Below are positions 49,442-62,565 of a DNA stretch of 64,000 nt, piece by piece; position 1 is the first letter of the stretch; the number at the start of each line of letters is the position of its first letter. Source of the DNA: Fistulifera solaris (lineage: Eukaryota); assembly GCA_030295235.1 (NCBI GenBank), contig AP026124.1, forward strand, positions 558,001 through 622,000. Direction: 5' to 3'. A program made the position numbers and the translations under genes. The notes beneath the pieces were generated by a model. That model was not told the origin of the DNA, made no database searches, and saw only the letters and a list, made by a program, of their open reading frames with translations.

Positions 49442-50836
49442 ATGGACACGAGCGATCTTCCCGCGCCGCAAGGTGAGAGGCATGTCCTCGCCGCTGAAGA
49501 AGAATTGCGCCTCGAAGTAGGGTTTCAAAAACAAAGTATCTGTCGGATTGTTGTGCTGAAAGGCTCTTGTGAGCTGCAAGGCGTGGAACTGGCAACCAAT
49601 AAGCCGTATCAATTCACAGACGGAGGATTAAAGCTAGCTCTTTTCACCTGGCACGGCTGTGTGGTGGATGTTCAGTGCGACGAAAGCCTCATGGAAATTA
49701 GTTACACTAGCGATGAAACGGCTTGCAACATTGCCTTTGTCAATACGCACGCGCAGTTGGAGGCTTTGCGCGACGAAGCCGCCGCTTCCAGCGGAGACGG
49801 CCCACGTGTATTGATTGTAGGTCCTACAGAGTCGGGAAAGTCGTCGCTCACCAAGACATTGATTGCTTATGCTACCAAACTCGGTCGGGTCCCACTTTGG
49901 ATCGATTTAGATCCGGCAGATAATGCCCTTTCCGTTCCTGGTACCCTGGCGGTATGTCCTATGGATCGAGAGGTAGTTCAAGTGGAAGCGTTTGCGACGA
50001 CTGGAATACCGCACGGAACAGCGGCACCGTTGGTTTTGTGGCACGGAAATACCGAAATCTCGCCGGATCTGTTTCGCGCACAAGTAACTGCTTTGGGGAA
50101 AAAGATAGATGCTCGGCTGGAAACAGATGATTGGGCACGCTCCTCGGGAATTATCGTTAACACAAATGGATGGATCCAGGACGAGGGCTATCAGCTATTA
50201 CTGCACACCGTGACTGCGTTGCGAATAACAGTCATTTTAGTGATGGGGCATGATAGGTTGTACAGCATGATGAAAAGCGCACTGAAGAAGCAAGATGAAT
50301 CCATCAAGGTCATCAAAGTTCCGAGATCCGGGGGTGTCGTATCAAGAGGAAAGGAGTTTATTCGACAACACAGATCAAGGAGCGTGAAACGCTATTTTTA
50401 CGGTGATACCATTGATTCAGCGCCCCAGGGCTCTACTGGACACTCAACTTCAGCGTCCACAAAAGTACCGCAGTTGACTCCCTTCCTGGCTCACATCAAG
50501 TTTGACCAAGTCACGGTCTACAAATTTGCGTCCATGAGCTTGTCGGCTTCTCTTTTGCCGGTGGCAGCGGCACAAACTACGGAATCCGTGCAGCTCGTAG
50601 AAGTGAGCGATCTTGCTTCGCTGCAACACAAAGTTGTTGCTGTGTGTCATCCTCAAGCGGTTACCGTATACCAAGCAAGCAAGAAAGCTAAGGATTTGTA
50701 TGAATCGGGGGTTGCAGGATTTTGTGTAGTCGAAAGAGTCATTCCCGATACCGAAACGTTGCATCTGCTCAGTCCATGTGCCGGCAGCCTGCCTAGCTAC
50801 ACACTGCTGGTTGGAGATCTAACATGGATGGAATAA
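49442..50836 (+). CDS. CLP1: CLP1 RNA 5'-hydroxyl kinase / cleavage factor II subunit
   Basis: EELRLEV, LFTWHGC, GPRVLIVGPTESGKSS, DLDP, SVPGT, GIIVNTNGW, PRSGGVV, YFYG. Confidence 0.93.
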   Translation: MDTSDLPAPQGERHVLAAEEELRLEVGFQKQSICRIVVLKGSCELQGVELATNKPYQFTDGGLKLALFTWHGCVVDVQCDESLMEISYTSDETACNIAFVNTHAQLEALRDEAAASSGDGPRVLIVGPTESGKSSLTKTLIAYATKLGRVPLWIDLDPADNALSVPGTLAVCPMDREVVQVEAFATTGIPHGTAAPLVLWHGNTEISPDLFRAQVTALGKKIDARLETDDWARSSGIIVNTNGWIQDEGYQLLLHTVTALRITVILVMGHDRLYSMMKSALKKQDESIKVIKVPRSGGVVSRGKEFIRQHRSRSVKRYFYGDTIDSAPQGSTGHSTSASTKVPQLTPFLAHIKFDQVTVYKFASMSLSASLLPVAAAQTTESVQLVEVSDLASLQHKVVAVCHPQAVTVYQASKKAKDLYESGVAGFCVVERVIPDTETLHLLSPCAGSLPSYTLLVGDLTWME

Positions 50837-50916
50837 AGTTCGTTACAAACCATAAGATATAAACTATAGGGTCAACTACCTCATACCAATTGAAACATAC
50901 TTTTTGGGCTTTGCAT

Positions 50917-52663
50917 TTATGCATGAGTCACCCGGTGCCCTGACATTTTGCTCGTATTATCAGGCTTTTCAATAACCCAGTGATCCATGCAAATGTCCTC
51001 TTCATCAGGTCCCATGCAAACTGCACATCCCAGTGCCCTATTTGTTGCACTGGATAGCGAAGGCAGCTTGAAAATTTGATAATTCACTTCCCCCATGAGC
51101 TTTTGAATCCGCTGAAATTCTACTGCCTCAGGGTCTAGTTCGCGTTGCATGTCTTCCATTGTTTCAAGCAGTGGAAACGCCAGCGTCCATTGTTCGAGCG
51201 AGATGTGACAAATCACCATTTTCTTCACAATGTCTAATTTTTCTTCTAGACAGTCCTTGGATCCACGCATAGCGCTCCATATGTTCTCGTAGGCGTTAAG
51301 CGCCTTCACTGGTTTTGCCAGCATGAAGTATGCATAGCCCAAGTTGTCCAACGTACTTTGCACGAGTTTGTTGTCTGTTCCCAAAACCGAACGCTGGATT
51401 TTCAGAGATTCCTCGAGAAGAGCAATCGCTTCCGTAAAGCGATCTTGCTCGATTTCTACGTACGCCTTATTGCACATTGTTGATGCCATGGTTAAAATGC
51501 CAGGACTATTTCCGTCGACTCCGCATACAAGATTGATCCAACTTTTAAAAACAGTCTTTTGTAACTCAATAGCATCATCAAATGACCTTCTTGCGTCTCC
51601 AAAGCTTCCTGCTTCAAAGTTTACACAACCAATGTTATTCAAAACTTTTGCAATTTTCAAGTTACTTTCATCGATATCTTCTTGAGCGAAGCTCTCATCC
51701 CTTTCTTCTCGCCGTAGCTTCAAGGCACGCTCGAATACTTTTAGAGCATCCTCATTTTCATCCATGGATAAAAGAATAATTCCCAATTCAACAAGTGAGT
51801 CCTGATCAATTGGTATAAACGCCGACAAAAAGGTTAGGAAACTAAGCCATCGTCGTGATTGTCTTCGCACAATCTACTTACAGCGACTCTAGGATGACTT
51901 CGACCAAGAGCTCGCGATCTAATCTTAATAGCTTCCTCGATGGCATCCATAGCATCATCCAAGGAGCCTGCTCGGAGGTTCGCAATAGCTACATTATGTA
52001 GCGCTGCGCCGATACGCTCATGTCTTTCACCGTATCGACCAAGCAAGTCAGATAAAATTGATTCAAACTCTGTGAGAGCTTTTTTGTACGCTCCACTCTA
52101 CGCAAGAAAGTTGACGGCTAATGTGAGATGAATGTCAACCTACATACTTCGCGAGCATTGATTCAAGTTTGGAACTTACGGACATGGCCTTGCAAGCTTT
52201 CGTGTGTTTTCGCCCTTAGCGTTTTTTTCAAAACGCTGAAAGGTTTCGCTACGTTCATCCAAGCTCTCCCCTTGGTCCCTGACATCACCTTCTGTTGAAG
52301 CTGATATATCGGATACTGCAGACGACACATCGTCCTCAACATCCTCGCTTATTGCTTTTTTCCATTCTTTATTATCTTCCTTCTTCTCTGCACTTTGCTT
52401 TCCGGCTGGAGTCGATTGGTCTCGAGGAATCTCTGCCTCAGTCTTGTTTCTTTCAAAAGGCTGCTGACTTTCATGGTCCCAAGCACAACCGAGCTATCTT
52501 GTTGATTTTCTTTTGGCTTGGTGTTGCGTTGGACTGACTGTGCACCTTCGACTTCCGATGCATTCATTCCCTTGACATCGCCAAGGTCGGTGGAAAAATC
52601 GTGAGTTCGTAATGTTGTCGATCTGGCGAGACTTCGTGGCGCTTTACTTGGGCGTAGAAACAT
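50917..52663 (-). CDS. Tetratricopeptide repeat protein (kinesin light chain-like TPRs), multi-exon
   Basis: HERIGAALHNVAIA, HPRVA|DSLVELG, IAKVLNNIG, VQSTLDNLG; introns ~51803-51881 and ~52098-52180; 5' end uncertain. Confidence 0.75.
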
Positions 52664-52937
52664 GACTGTACATAAGACCAAAAAATTCGCACGGTACTCG
52701 TATTTAGAGGAAAGAACGTGTTTGCTTGACAAGGACAACCAGCGCGCACGTCGACTATCAATTAGCCAGAACTATCGCTGAAAGGCAGAGTACCGTTGTA
52801 CAGTATCACCGCTTATGCCCTCACAAGTTGTTATCGCTCAAATGGTTTTCCTTGACCACAACAGGAGAAGAACAAGACGAAGACCGATATCTTTTCTTTT
52901 CGTTACTACTCCAGTATAAATACAAATATACAAAACA

Positions 52938-53690
52938 ATGAAGTAAGTTATTTTGAATGTTTGTAATTGAAGCCCACTAGGAAGAATGTGTTGCTCATTT
53001 TATCGTTAATTTACGACCTCAGGGCCGGTATTCGCGGGATGCTTCGAAAAGCTCGAGAGGCTCGGAAGAAAACAGTCGACGAGTATCAGAGTAGAAAGAA
53101 CAACAAGACGCTTGCTCCGATTGATGAAGCCAGTTTAGAGGAAAGCCGTGCACCAGAGGAAGGCCGCGAACCTGAGGAGTGCGTTAAACCTGTGGAACAG
53201 AAAACAAAGAGAGTGCCAAGATTTTTCCGCGGAAAGAGTGCTAAAAATGTTGAACACAAACAACAAGATAGCAACGAAGTGAAAGCTGAGAGTCATCCAG
53301 TCAACAACGAAGTCGAGAATGTAAAAAAAGAAGAGCCAGAAAAACCCATTGCCGTCGACGATAAGGAAGAGAGCGATGAGACCCGGAAAATAGCTGAGCA
53401 AGATAAAGAACCTGTTCTCTCCCCCTCAAAGTGTGGTATCGATCAATAGCCCAGTCTCCGACCGTAGCATCCATTCTCCAGCTAGCTCCCGCTCCAGTAT
53501 GGACGACGACCGCGACACACCAATGGTGGACTCAATTCAAAGCGTCGATTCCCACATTTCAATAATCCAATCTCCCCGAGGAGCTGGTATTCGTTCCGCA
53601 CCAAAAACACCTGACTATACAACCCGGATGGAAGTAGCTGAAGACACTCCTGTAGCCCATAGTACCGGTTTCCTGTGTGGCTGCATCTGA
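52938..53690 (+). CDS. Hypothetical charged, low-complexity protein
   Basis: ATG at 52938, GTAAGT...CTCAG intron (~52943-53022), E/K-rich ORF continuing after an apparent indel near 53421-53425 to ...FLCGCI stop. Confidence 0.55.
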
Positions 53691-53872
53691 TTTCCCGAGA
53701 CAATTTAAGAACTGGATGAGTATGGAAAGCTTTGGTGAACAGTGTAATGTGTTTTATATAGTTGCTTTATTATGGATCATCAATACAACTAAAGTCAAAG
53801 TGCCCAAGGATACGTAGCACACCGTCATGCAGACAGGAAGCCACCAATGCTAACCAACAACTACGAGGTCTC

Positions 53873-55295
<1,423 letters not shown>

Positions 55296-55798
55296 TCAAT
55301 TGAAACGCGCCAAAGTTTGAATGGCTTTGACCCGGATTACTGATTGTTGGACTTGCACTCGGATGCCCCTGCCTCTGCAGCTTCTTCGTCGTTCAATCGC
55401 TTATTCTTTTACTTAACAAAAGCGAGCAATGAATCATTGAAGATATAGAGTCGCCTTATAATAGAGATGGGATGGGGTTCGTTGCACCTGCCTTTGGCGT
55501 TTTTTCTGCCCTGAAGTGGCATACGTCCGTCGGTCCGGTATCGATGTGTAGCGCAGAGAAAAAACTTCTCCTTTCTCTATTCATGACTGACGTATGTGCG
55601 TGACCCGCTGAGTCAAGAGAGTCTTGAAAGCAATCTTCAACCCCACTGCCTGGTAACGCTATTATCATTTTGTACGGAGCACCAGCTAATTAACGTTGAC
55701 AATAAGAGCTCTGTTACAAATCATATCAAACGGAACGCTGGCAAGTCACAAAACATATGCAAGATGTAATTAAAGAAATTTAGCATCACACTACAGCC

Positions 55799-56563
55799 TT
55801 ACTGAAGAGGATCAATTAAGGCTCCTGCTACTACAGCAGCTACTGCCAATACACCAAAGCCGATCGCGGCAACTTTCGTAGCCATTTGCTCTTCATTCGT
55901 TTGGATTTCAACCAAGCATTGGCTCAAGTCGTTCTCCGAACCGTTCTTGTCTTTTTCCGTAACACGGTAAACCCAACCACCGGGTTCAACTTGATCGTCT
56001 AGGAAGCGGTAAACCCCGCCACTGGATCCTTTAGACTGCAATGGACCGTAGTTTGCGTACGAGGCAAGAACTTCGAATTTCTCGGTTTTTGCCGGTCGAC
56101 GCTTCACGATGAATCCTTGTGTGTTTGATTCTTCACCGGTTGTCCACTCCAACTCGACGGCACCATCAATGACCTTGTATTTTAACCCTGTACCGGAAAG
56201 CTCTTGGAAAGCAGAGTCGCGCAGCAAACTTCCCTGCACTTGTGTTTCCTGCTCTTTGCGCTTGCGACGGGCCTCGGCTTTGTCACGCATGACCTTACGG
56301 ATTTCCTTTTCGTCTTCTGCCGTGATCTTCATCCAGGGAGCGTACTCAATGCCTCTTTCATTTCGCAAGTTAGACATTCGTTTCGTCTTTTTCAATTCTT
56401 GCTGTACCATCTCTTCAATTTCCTCTTCCAAAGTCTTTTCAAAGCAGACCGTTGTTGATTGCGGTTTCGTCGCAACAGAAGAAGAAACACGAGGAAGTGG
56501 AGCAAAAGCGGCCGACTGCCCAATGAGAAGAGCCAAGCCTGTAGAAACGAGAGTCAACTTCAT
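55799..56563 (-). CDS. Predicted plastid-targeted protein with an Fn3/Ig-like domain and C-terminal TM helix
   Basis: Bipartite presequence QSAA-FAP; VELEWTTGEESNTQGFIVKR...YRFLD...YRVTEKDKNG; TM AAIGFGVLAVAAVVAGALI. Confidence 0.8.
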   Translation of the reverse strand: MKLTLVSTGLALLIGQSAAFAPLPRVSSSVATKPQSTTVCFEKTLEEEIEEMVQQELKKTKRMSNLRNERGIEYAPWMKITAEDEKEIRKVMRDKAEARRKRKEQETQVQGSLLRDSAFQELSGTGLKYKVIDGAVELEWTTGEESNTQGFIVKRRPAKTEKFEVLASYANYGPLQSKGSSGGVYRFLDDQVEPGGWVYRVTEKDKNGSENDLSQCLVEIQTNEEQMATKVAAIGFGVLAVAAVVAGALIDPLQ

Positions 56564-56868
56564 GATGAATTATAGAAGGACTAAAGAATTTCAACTTAGA
56601 TTCGCAGATATGCATTCCAGGTACCGGTACCAGGTAAATGAGGCAGCAGCGAAAAATTGCAGTTTGTAGTGTTCGATGTGCAGGCTTTGCTGGCACTACA
56701 ACGAGTAACGGATGACATCATTCGATCGACGTCAGATCGTGTCCGGGACTCGTGGGCTCGGGAAGGACGTTAAAATTCTGCCTCCCAGTACAAAAATCTA
56801 CGTAGGGTCTACGACGAGGCAGAATTTTAACGCCGTTGCCTGGCTCTTGAAATTAATTTTCCCCCTCC

Positions 56869-59800
56869 ATGCGTCTGTCCTGCCCACCATTGTTTTACTA
56901 TTGCATTGAACGGATGGCGCTCGCACCTCGCACGTCTCGCGTCCGTCGTTCACGGTCACCCTCTTCCAATACTATTTTTGTTGCTCCGGTACCTTCAACA
57001 TCAAAATCGATCCATATCTTTGCTCAATTCGCAGAAAAGGAATATATGCTTAATAAACTGGAAGAATGGCACGAGGCAAGAAGAAAGGAGGCCGCAGGGA
57101 CGACGACAGTGACGACGAAAAAACCGGCGCAGGCTCCGGCGTCCCAGGAGGCTGGCAAACAAATGAGTCGCAAAGAAAAACGACTCCAGAAACAACAACA
57201 AAAGCCGAAACAAGCTGCCGACGACTCGGATAGTGACGTTGATGATAATCTTGCGGCATTGCTCGGTGGGAAACTGAAAACAAATTATGGTAGTGACAGT
57301 GATGACGATGATGTGCCCAGGCCTGCCAAAGCCAAGGCTGGTGGCAAAAAGAAAGGACGGGCGGCAATACAGGCTCAAGCCATGGAGTCTTCGTCGGAAG
57401 ATGAGGAAGAAGAAGAAATGGTTGGAGAAGAAGTTGACGCAACAAGTAACGCAGACGAAGACGACGTTGCTATTCAGCAAGTTTCGATGAAATTGGCTGA
57501 CGATTGGGGAATCGATTCGAAAAAGAAAAAGAAGGATAAGAAAGAGAAAAAAAGAGAAGAAAGAGAAAAAGGAAAAGAAGGATAAGAAAGACAAGAAGTA
57601 TGAAGAGGAGGACAAAAAGCAGGCAAAGCCGAAAGAGAAGTCAAAATTTGAGCTACAAATGGAAGCTGCTCTTCGAAAGAAGAACGAGGAAGCCAAAGAC
57701 GAGGGAAAACCTGCCAAGCCAATCCCCCCACCGCCCAAGGTGCAGGAAGTAGCGTCTGAACCACAACCGATGGATGTCGATGAGAATGACGAAGAGGCTA
57801 AAAATGAAGATACCGAAATTGTTTATGGCGCTCCTGATGATGTTGCTTGGACGGACAAGAGTCACGCACAAAGAGAAGCAGATAACAATGCTGATCACGA
57901 TGACGATCCTTCGAAGCTACTGTACGGTCCAGACGGGAAGAAACTGAGTAATAAGGAGCGAAAGAAGTTGCTGAAAGAACGAGAAGCTGCGAAGCGACAA
58001 GCGGAATACGAGGAATCTGCAGCGAAGGCATCAAAAGAAGGTGCACAATTCGCATGCTCGCAAACCGCCGTCAACGAAAACGACCCCCAATGGATGAATT
58101 CTCTGGATATCAACATTCCCAATTTTACCATCAGTGCAGCGGGAAAGATTCTATTCAAAGACGCGGCGCTGACTATTGCACACGGTCGTCGCTATGGGTA
58201 AGAGATGATAGCTCGTTATTAATTATTGTATCGAATCGCTGATTGTCTAACTGTGCATTTTACTTAAAGGCTTGTCGGTCCGAATGGAAGGGGAAAGAGT
58301 ACTATGTTGAAGATGATCGCTTCCCGAGATTTGAAATTGCCTCCTCGTATTGATTTCTTGTATGTGGAACAGGAGGTTGTGGCTGACGACACTCCTGCCG
58401 TCGAGGCCGTACTACGGGCTGATCAAATACGATGGAAGTTGCTAGAGGAAGAAAAGGAATTGATGAAGGCTATCGATAATGGAGATGAAGCTATTGACAA
58501 GCTAGAAAGACTTCAAGAAGTCGTCGACGAATTGACGAACATGGGCGCCGACGCAGCCGAGGCGAAAGCACGTCGTATTTTGTACGGTCTGGGATTTACT
58601 ATGGATATGCAGACGAAACCTACAAAAATGTTCAGCGGTGGGTGGCGAATGCGCATATCACTGGCTCGGGTAAGTGCTGTCAACAGCGATGGGTCAACAA
58701 AAATTATCGGTGAATGCTGACAAGCTTGTCAAACAGGCGTTGTTTATGGAGCCAACGCTTCTTATGTTAGATGAGCCCACAAATCATTTGGATCTTAACG
58801 CGGTTATCTGGTTGGACGAATACTTACAAAAATGGAAGAAAACTCTCTTGATTGTATCGCATGATCAAGATTTCCTGAACAGTGTCTGCCAAGAAATGCT
58901 TCACATTGAAGACCTAAAACTAATATCCTATAAGGGCGACTACGATAGTTTCAAGAAAGCCGAGAAGACTAGATTCCTTGAACAAGTTAAGGCGTGGGAA
59001 AAACAAGAGAAAAGACTAAGAGAGCTTAAGAAATCTGGACAGTCCAAAGCCAAAGCCCAGGAAACAGTCAAAAACTCGAAGCGCGAAGCTGGGGCCCGAA
59101 GTCAGAAGAAGAAGAATGACGCTATAGCCGCTGGTTCTGCTACTGCTGAGTTGAAGGAGCTGATCGCTCGGCCCCGCGAATACACGGTGAAGTTGGAATT
59201 TGCGGAAGTGGCAGAGCTTGGCCGACCTGTCATCGAGGTCAATAACGTGCACTTCAGGTATTCGCCAAAACATCCTATCATTTTTGAGAAGATAGATTTT
59301 GGAATTGATATGGACAGCCGAGTTTGCGTTGTTGGTGAGTATCATCAGATATTATTCTCGCTAATTCGATCGTCTAGATTATTCTAACACGTTTATTTTG
59401 CTTTTGATAACACCAGGTCCAAATGGATCGGGAAAGAGTACCTTGATTAAACTTCTCACTGGTGAGATTAACCCGACAACAGGCGAAGTGCGCCGCAATC
59501 CTCGGTTACGCATGGGTATCTACAACCAGCACTTTGTTGATCGACTACCAATGAACAAAACACCAGTTGAGCACCTTCGCGATCGATTCCCGGGACAAGA
59601 TTATCAAAGTGTGCGAAACCGTCTAGGAAAGTATGGACTAGAAGGCCACGCGCATGAGGTTACGATGCGAGATTTGAGTGGCGGACAGAAGGCACGTGTC
59701 GTCTTTGTAGAGCTGAGTCTGCAAGAGCCGCATGTCTTATTACTGGATGAGCCTACCAACAACTTGGATATTGAGACAATTGACGCACTTTGCGAAGCCA

Positions 59801-60072
59801 TCAACGAATTCAAAGGAGGTATTGTTGTCGTCACACACGACCAACGCTTGATTGAAGAATGCCAATGCACCTTGTGGGTAGTTGAAAAGCAGGGCGTCAC
59901 AAAATGGGAGGCAGGTTTTGACGACTACAAAGCGAATATTCTCCGACAACTAGAAGAAGAGGTCGAGCGCGAGGCAGCTAGCCGAAGAGCGAAACTAGAG
60001 GCGGCAGCCGCGGCCAAGGCGGAGAAACTGAAACAGCTTTCCAGCAAGTTGAAAAAGAAAGCTAAGAAATGA
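56869..60072 (+). CDS. ABC-F family ATPase (ABCF1/GCN20-like), multi-exon
   Basis: Charged N-terminus; [46 protein letters not shown]; second [29 protein letters not shown]; no TM domains; start uncertain (56869 or 56914). Confidence 0.92.
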
Positions 60073-60197
60073 GCTATGATGAATACAAATTTGCTTGCTG
60101 TCAAGAGCCGAACGCAAAGCATTATAAAATACTACTTCAAGTACGTTTCAACTTTGCAAATAAACGGCCTATCGACAATGGTTTAGTGTTTATTGGT

Positions 60198-61442
60198 TTA
60201 CGACCTCTGTATTTCAGAGTATTTCTGTTCGACTGTAGGTTTCAGCCACGTTGTTGCCCGAGGCATGGCACGATTAGCTGCATAGTCTACAATGAATGTT
60301 GGGAGGAGTTTAGAGACCTTGAGGCTGCAAAGCAGCCACACACGTGTTACATTTGGTCCACGCCCATCGGGGTTGCGCTGCGTGTACCAAATGCCCTTGG
60401 CATCTTGTAAGACGGCACCCTTGTTGGCGCGATCAAGAGTAAACACCATGTAATGCCCGTCTGGGTGGGGCTGGTATTTGTGGATTGCAGCGATCTTGAG
60501 TTGATACTTTGACAAGACGAAAGAGGCACGCGAAATACTGGCAGTTCCGTAGTGCCGCATAGCCTTGGTACTTTCCGGTAAAACCGGATCTTCTGCCAAA
60601 TAGCTCGACGCCAAGTGTGTGTTGGTGAACATTCTCATGCTTCGCACTGTCTTAATGTATTCAGGATAATTCTCAAAATCAAGCAGACATTCCCACACAA
60701 CGTAAGGCGGAGCATTCACATCAACTACAACAAAACCAGATCCTTCACGTCCCATTTTTGACTGTTCTTGTATTCTTTCGCCAGCTGCAAGCTGTTTCCT
60801 CTGCTCATCCGAGAGCGATGGAAGAGAAAAGGGAAGTGGCGAGTTTTCGGCCGTTAACAACGCATCCACATCTACACCCAGTTCGGTAGCTTTTCCGGCT
60901 CTTTCTTCATCGGTCAAAATAGGCGTGAGAACAAACCCTTCTGTTTTATTCCACGTCCCCGAGGACGCGTCGTTGTAAGTGTTTCTGGTAAATACTAAAT
61001 CCGACACTTGATCCAATCCACCAATGGAAGCTGCTTCGGCAACAACCTGACGCGGTTCAGCCTCGCTGTAATTTTTCAATCCGGTTCGTTGTTTCGCTCT
61101 TTCTAGCACATTCTTGACTCTTTTCCGCACTCCAAAGCGACTACTTTTTCGTTCTTCGCCTCCCTTGGACCACGAATCTGTAGTGTTGTTGCGGATGGGC
61201 TTTTCAACGGCAAATCGAGTCACTCGAATTGGCTCTGACAAAAATCCCCATCGAAGACACAATTGCCGCGATGACAAGAAACCGTCTACCGGAAACGAAG
61301 AGAGAAAAGAAGCTGCCAGAACTGTTGAAAGAAGGACAGAGCACAGTCTTGTTGATCGACAGAAAAGACGACCGCTTTGATTCCTTCGCCGCCGACGACG
61401 ACTCATTCCAGTGGAATATGTGATTTCTGCGATGGGTGGCAT
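60198..61442 (-). CDS. SRPBCC/polyketide cyclase (START-like) domain protein with an N-terminal targeting-like sequence
   Basis: VVVDVNAPPYVVWECLLDFENYPEYIKTV...GIWY...LPTFIVDY; hydrophobic segment ending VDG-FLS; start uncertain. Confidence 0.75.
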   Translation of the reverse strand: MPPIAEITYSTGMSRRRRRRNQSGRLFCRSTRLCSVLLSTVLAASFLSSFPVDGFLSSRQLCLRWGFLSEPIRVTRFAVEKPIRNNTTDSWSKGGEERKSSRFGVRKRVKNVLERAKQRTGLKNYSEAEPRQVVAEAASIGGLDQVSDLVFTRNTYNDASSGTWNKTEGFVLTPILTDEERAGKATELGVDVDALLTAENSPLPFSLPSLSDEQRKQLAAGERIQEQSKMGREGSGFVVVDVNAPPYVVWECLLDFENYPEYIKTVRSMRMFTNTHLASSYLAEDPVLPESTKAMRHYGTASISRASFVLSKYQLKIAAIHKYQPHPDGHYMVFTLDRANKGAVLQDAKGIWYTQRNPDGRGPNVTRVWLLCSLKVSKLLPTFIVDYAANRAMPRATTWLKPTVEQKYSEIQRS

Positions 61443-61737
61443 ATTCAATAAAATAACTAGATTGTATCAAATAAGACTTGCTGGCTAATCTTTTGTTGAT
61501 CGTTCTTTATTGATAAAACTCGATAGTTATTTCTTTCTCGCAGGCCGATCGAGTTGACTAGCGCACGATTTCTTGTCGTGACTGCGTTGACTTGGCGAAA
61601 CCTTCGTGTTGTTCTGTGTTCTGCGGGTGACGAGCACAAATCACAACTAGATTCCCGTCGGACCATCACGACCCATCGTCGAAAAGCACTTGTTTCCGTC
61701 TGCGCTGTTTTGTCATGACGGCACAACCGAGCGGAGT

Positions 61738-61855
61738 ACGTCACTGCGGCCGAAGCGGTGGTGGAGAGCTCGGGAGTCACGGTGAAAACTGATTCACGAA
61801 TAAAGCGTAACAACATCTTCCACGTCAACTTCATTGGTGACGTATGTTGTGACGT
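61738..61855. promoter_or_regulatory. Cluster of four TGACGT/ACGTCA (bZIP/aureochrome/CCRE-type) sites
   Basis: ACGTCA at 61738 and 61822; TGACGT at 61838 and 61850; in the divergent spacer between the SRPBCC gene and the ADP/ATP carrier. Confidence 0.45.
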
Positions 61856-62565
61856 ACCTTGTAAATTTTTAACATCCAGGACGATCACTTGAGTTTGTTT
61901 AAGAAAGTGGTCTACTTTAATATTTATACTTATGCTGAATACCGGAAACCGATGGCGCCAGGCGCCAGCGATCGCGTGCCGGTGAAAATGAGGCGGTTCG
62001 ATTTTTCGCTTTTCGCGTCCCTCTCGTCTCTCGTCTACTGCTCGTTCGTTCAGCGATGTTCACAAACGACAGAAAGCCGGCCAAGACTTATCAGCAATAA
62101 AAGCAATCGAAGGTGAGTTAATGACTAACAAAGAGAAATTTATATGAAGATGATTCAAAAAGGATGTCAAGAGAGGCATTTGTTTCCGCAAGTATTTCGT
62201 TTGCGTCGAGATTCGGGAGAAACGAAAAGGGTCGTCATTTTGGCGGCATTTCCGTCCGACGCCCCGCGTTTTCGACACTGTGCACTCTTGCCTTGCGATG
62301 CGTCGACGAGTGATTAGTTTCTTTAAAGTCTACATCTATTTCAATAAGAAATGGTATCCATCATTGCTGCTGCGCCGCGTGCAGCGGTGACGAGAGTCAT
62401 TGTCTGTCGTGGTTTCTACGGATCGATCCTACGGCGCGAAAGTGCGCGTCGTGCTTCCAAAACCACTCAAAGTGAACCTCCAATTGCATTCCGTCATCTG
62501 ACCCCGTCTTTTTCGCTTTCATTATGTTCTTTCTCCGTCGCGTTTCTATTACTCCATAATTACAG

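Noticed and set aside
57001..57738. 245-aa Phe-rich antisense ORF and similar shadow ORFs (e.g. 1790-2338, 47586-48182, 56109-56669, 62987-63487)
   Set aside because: Antisense or alternate-frame by-products of real genes, with no independent motifs
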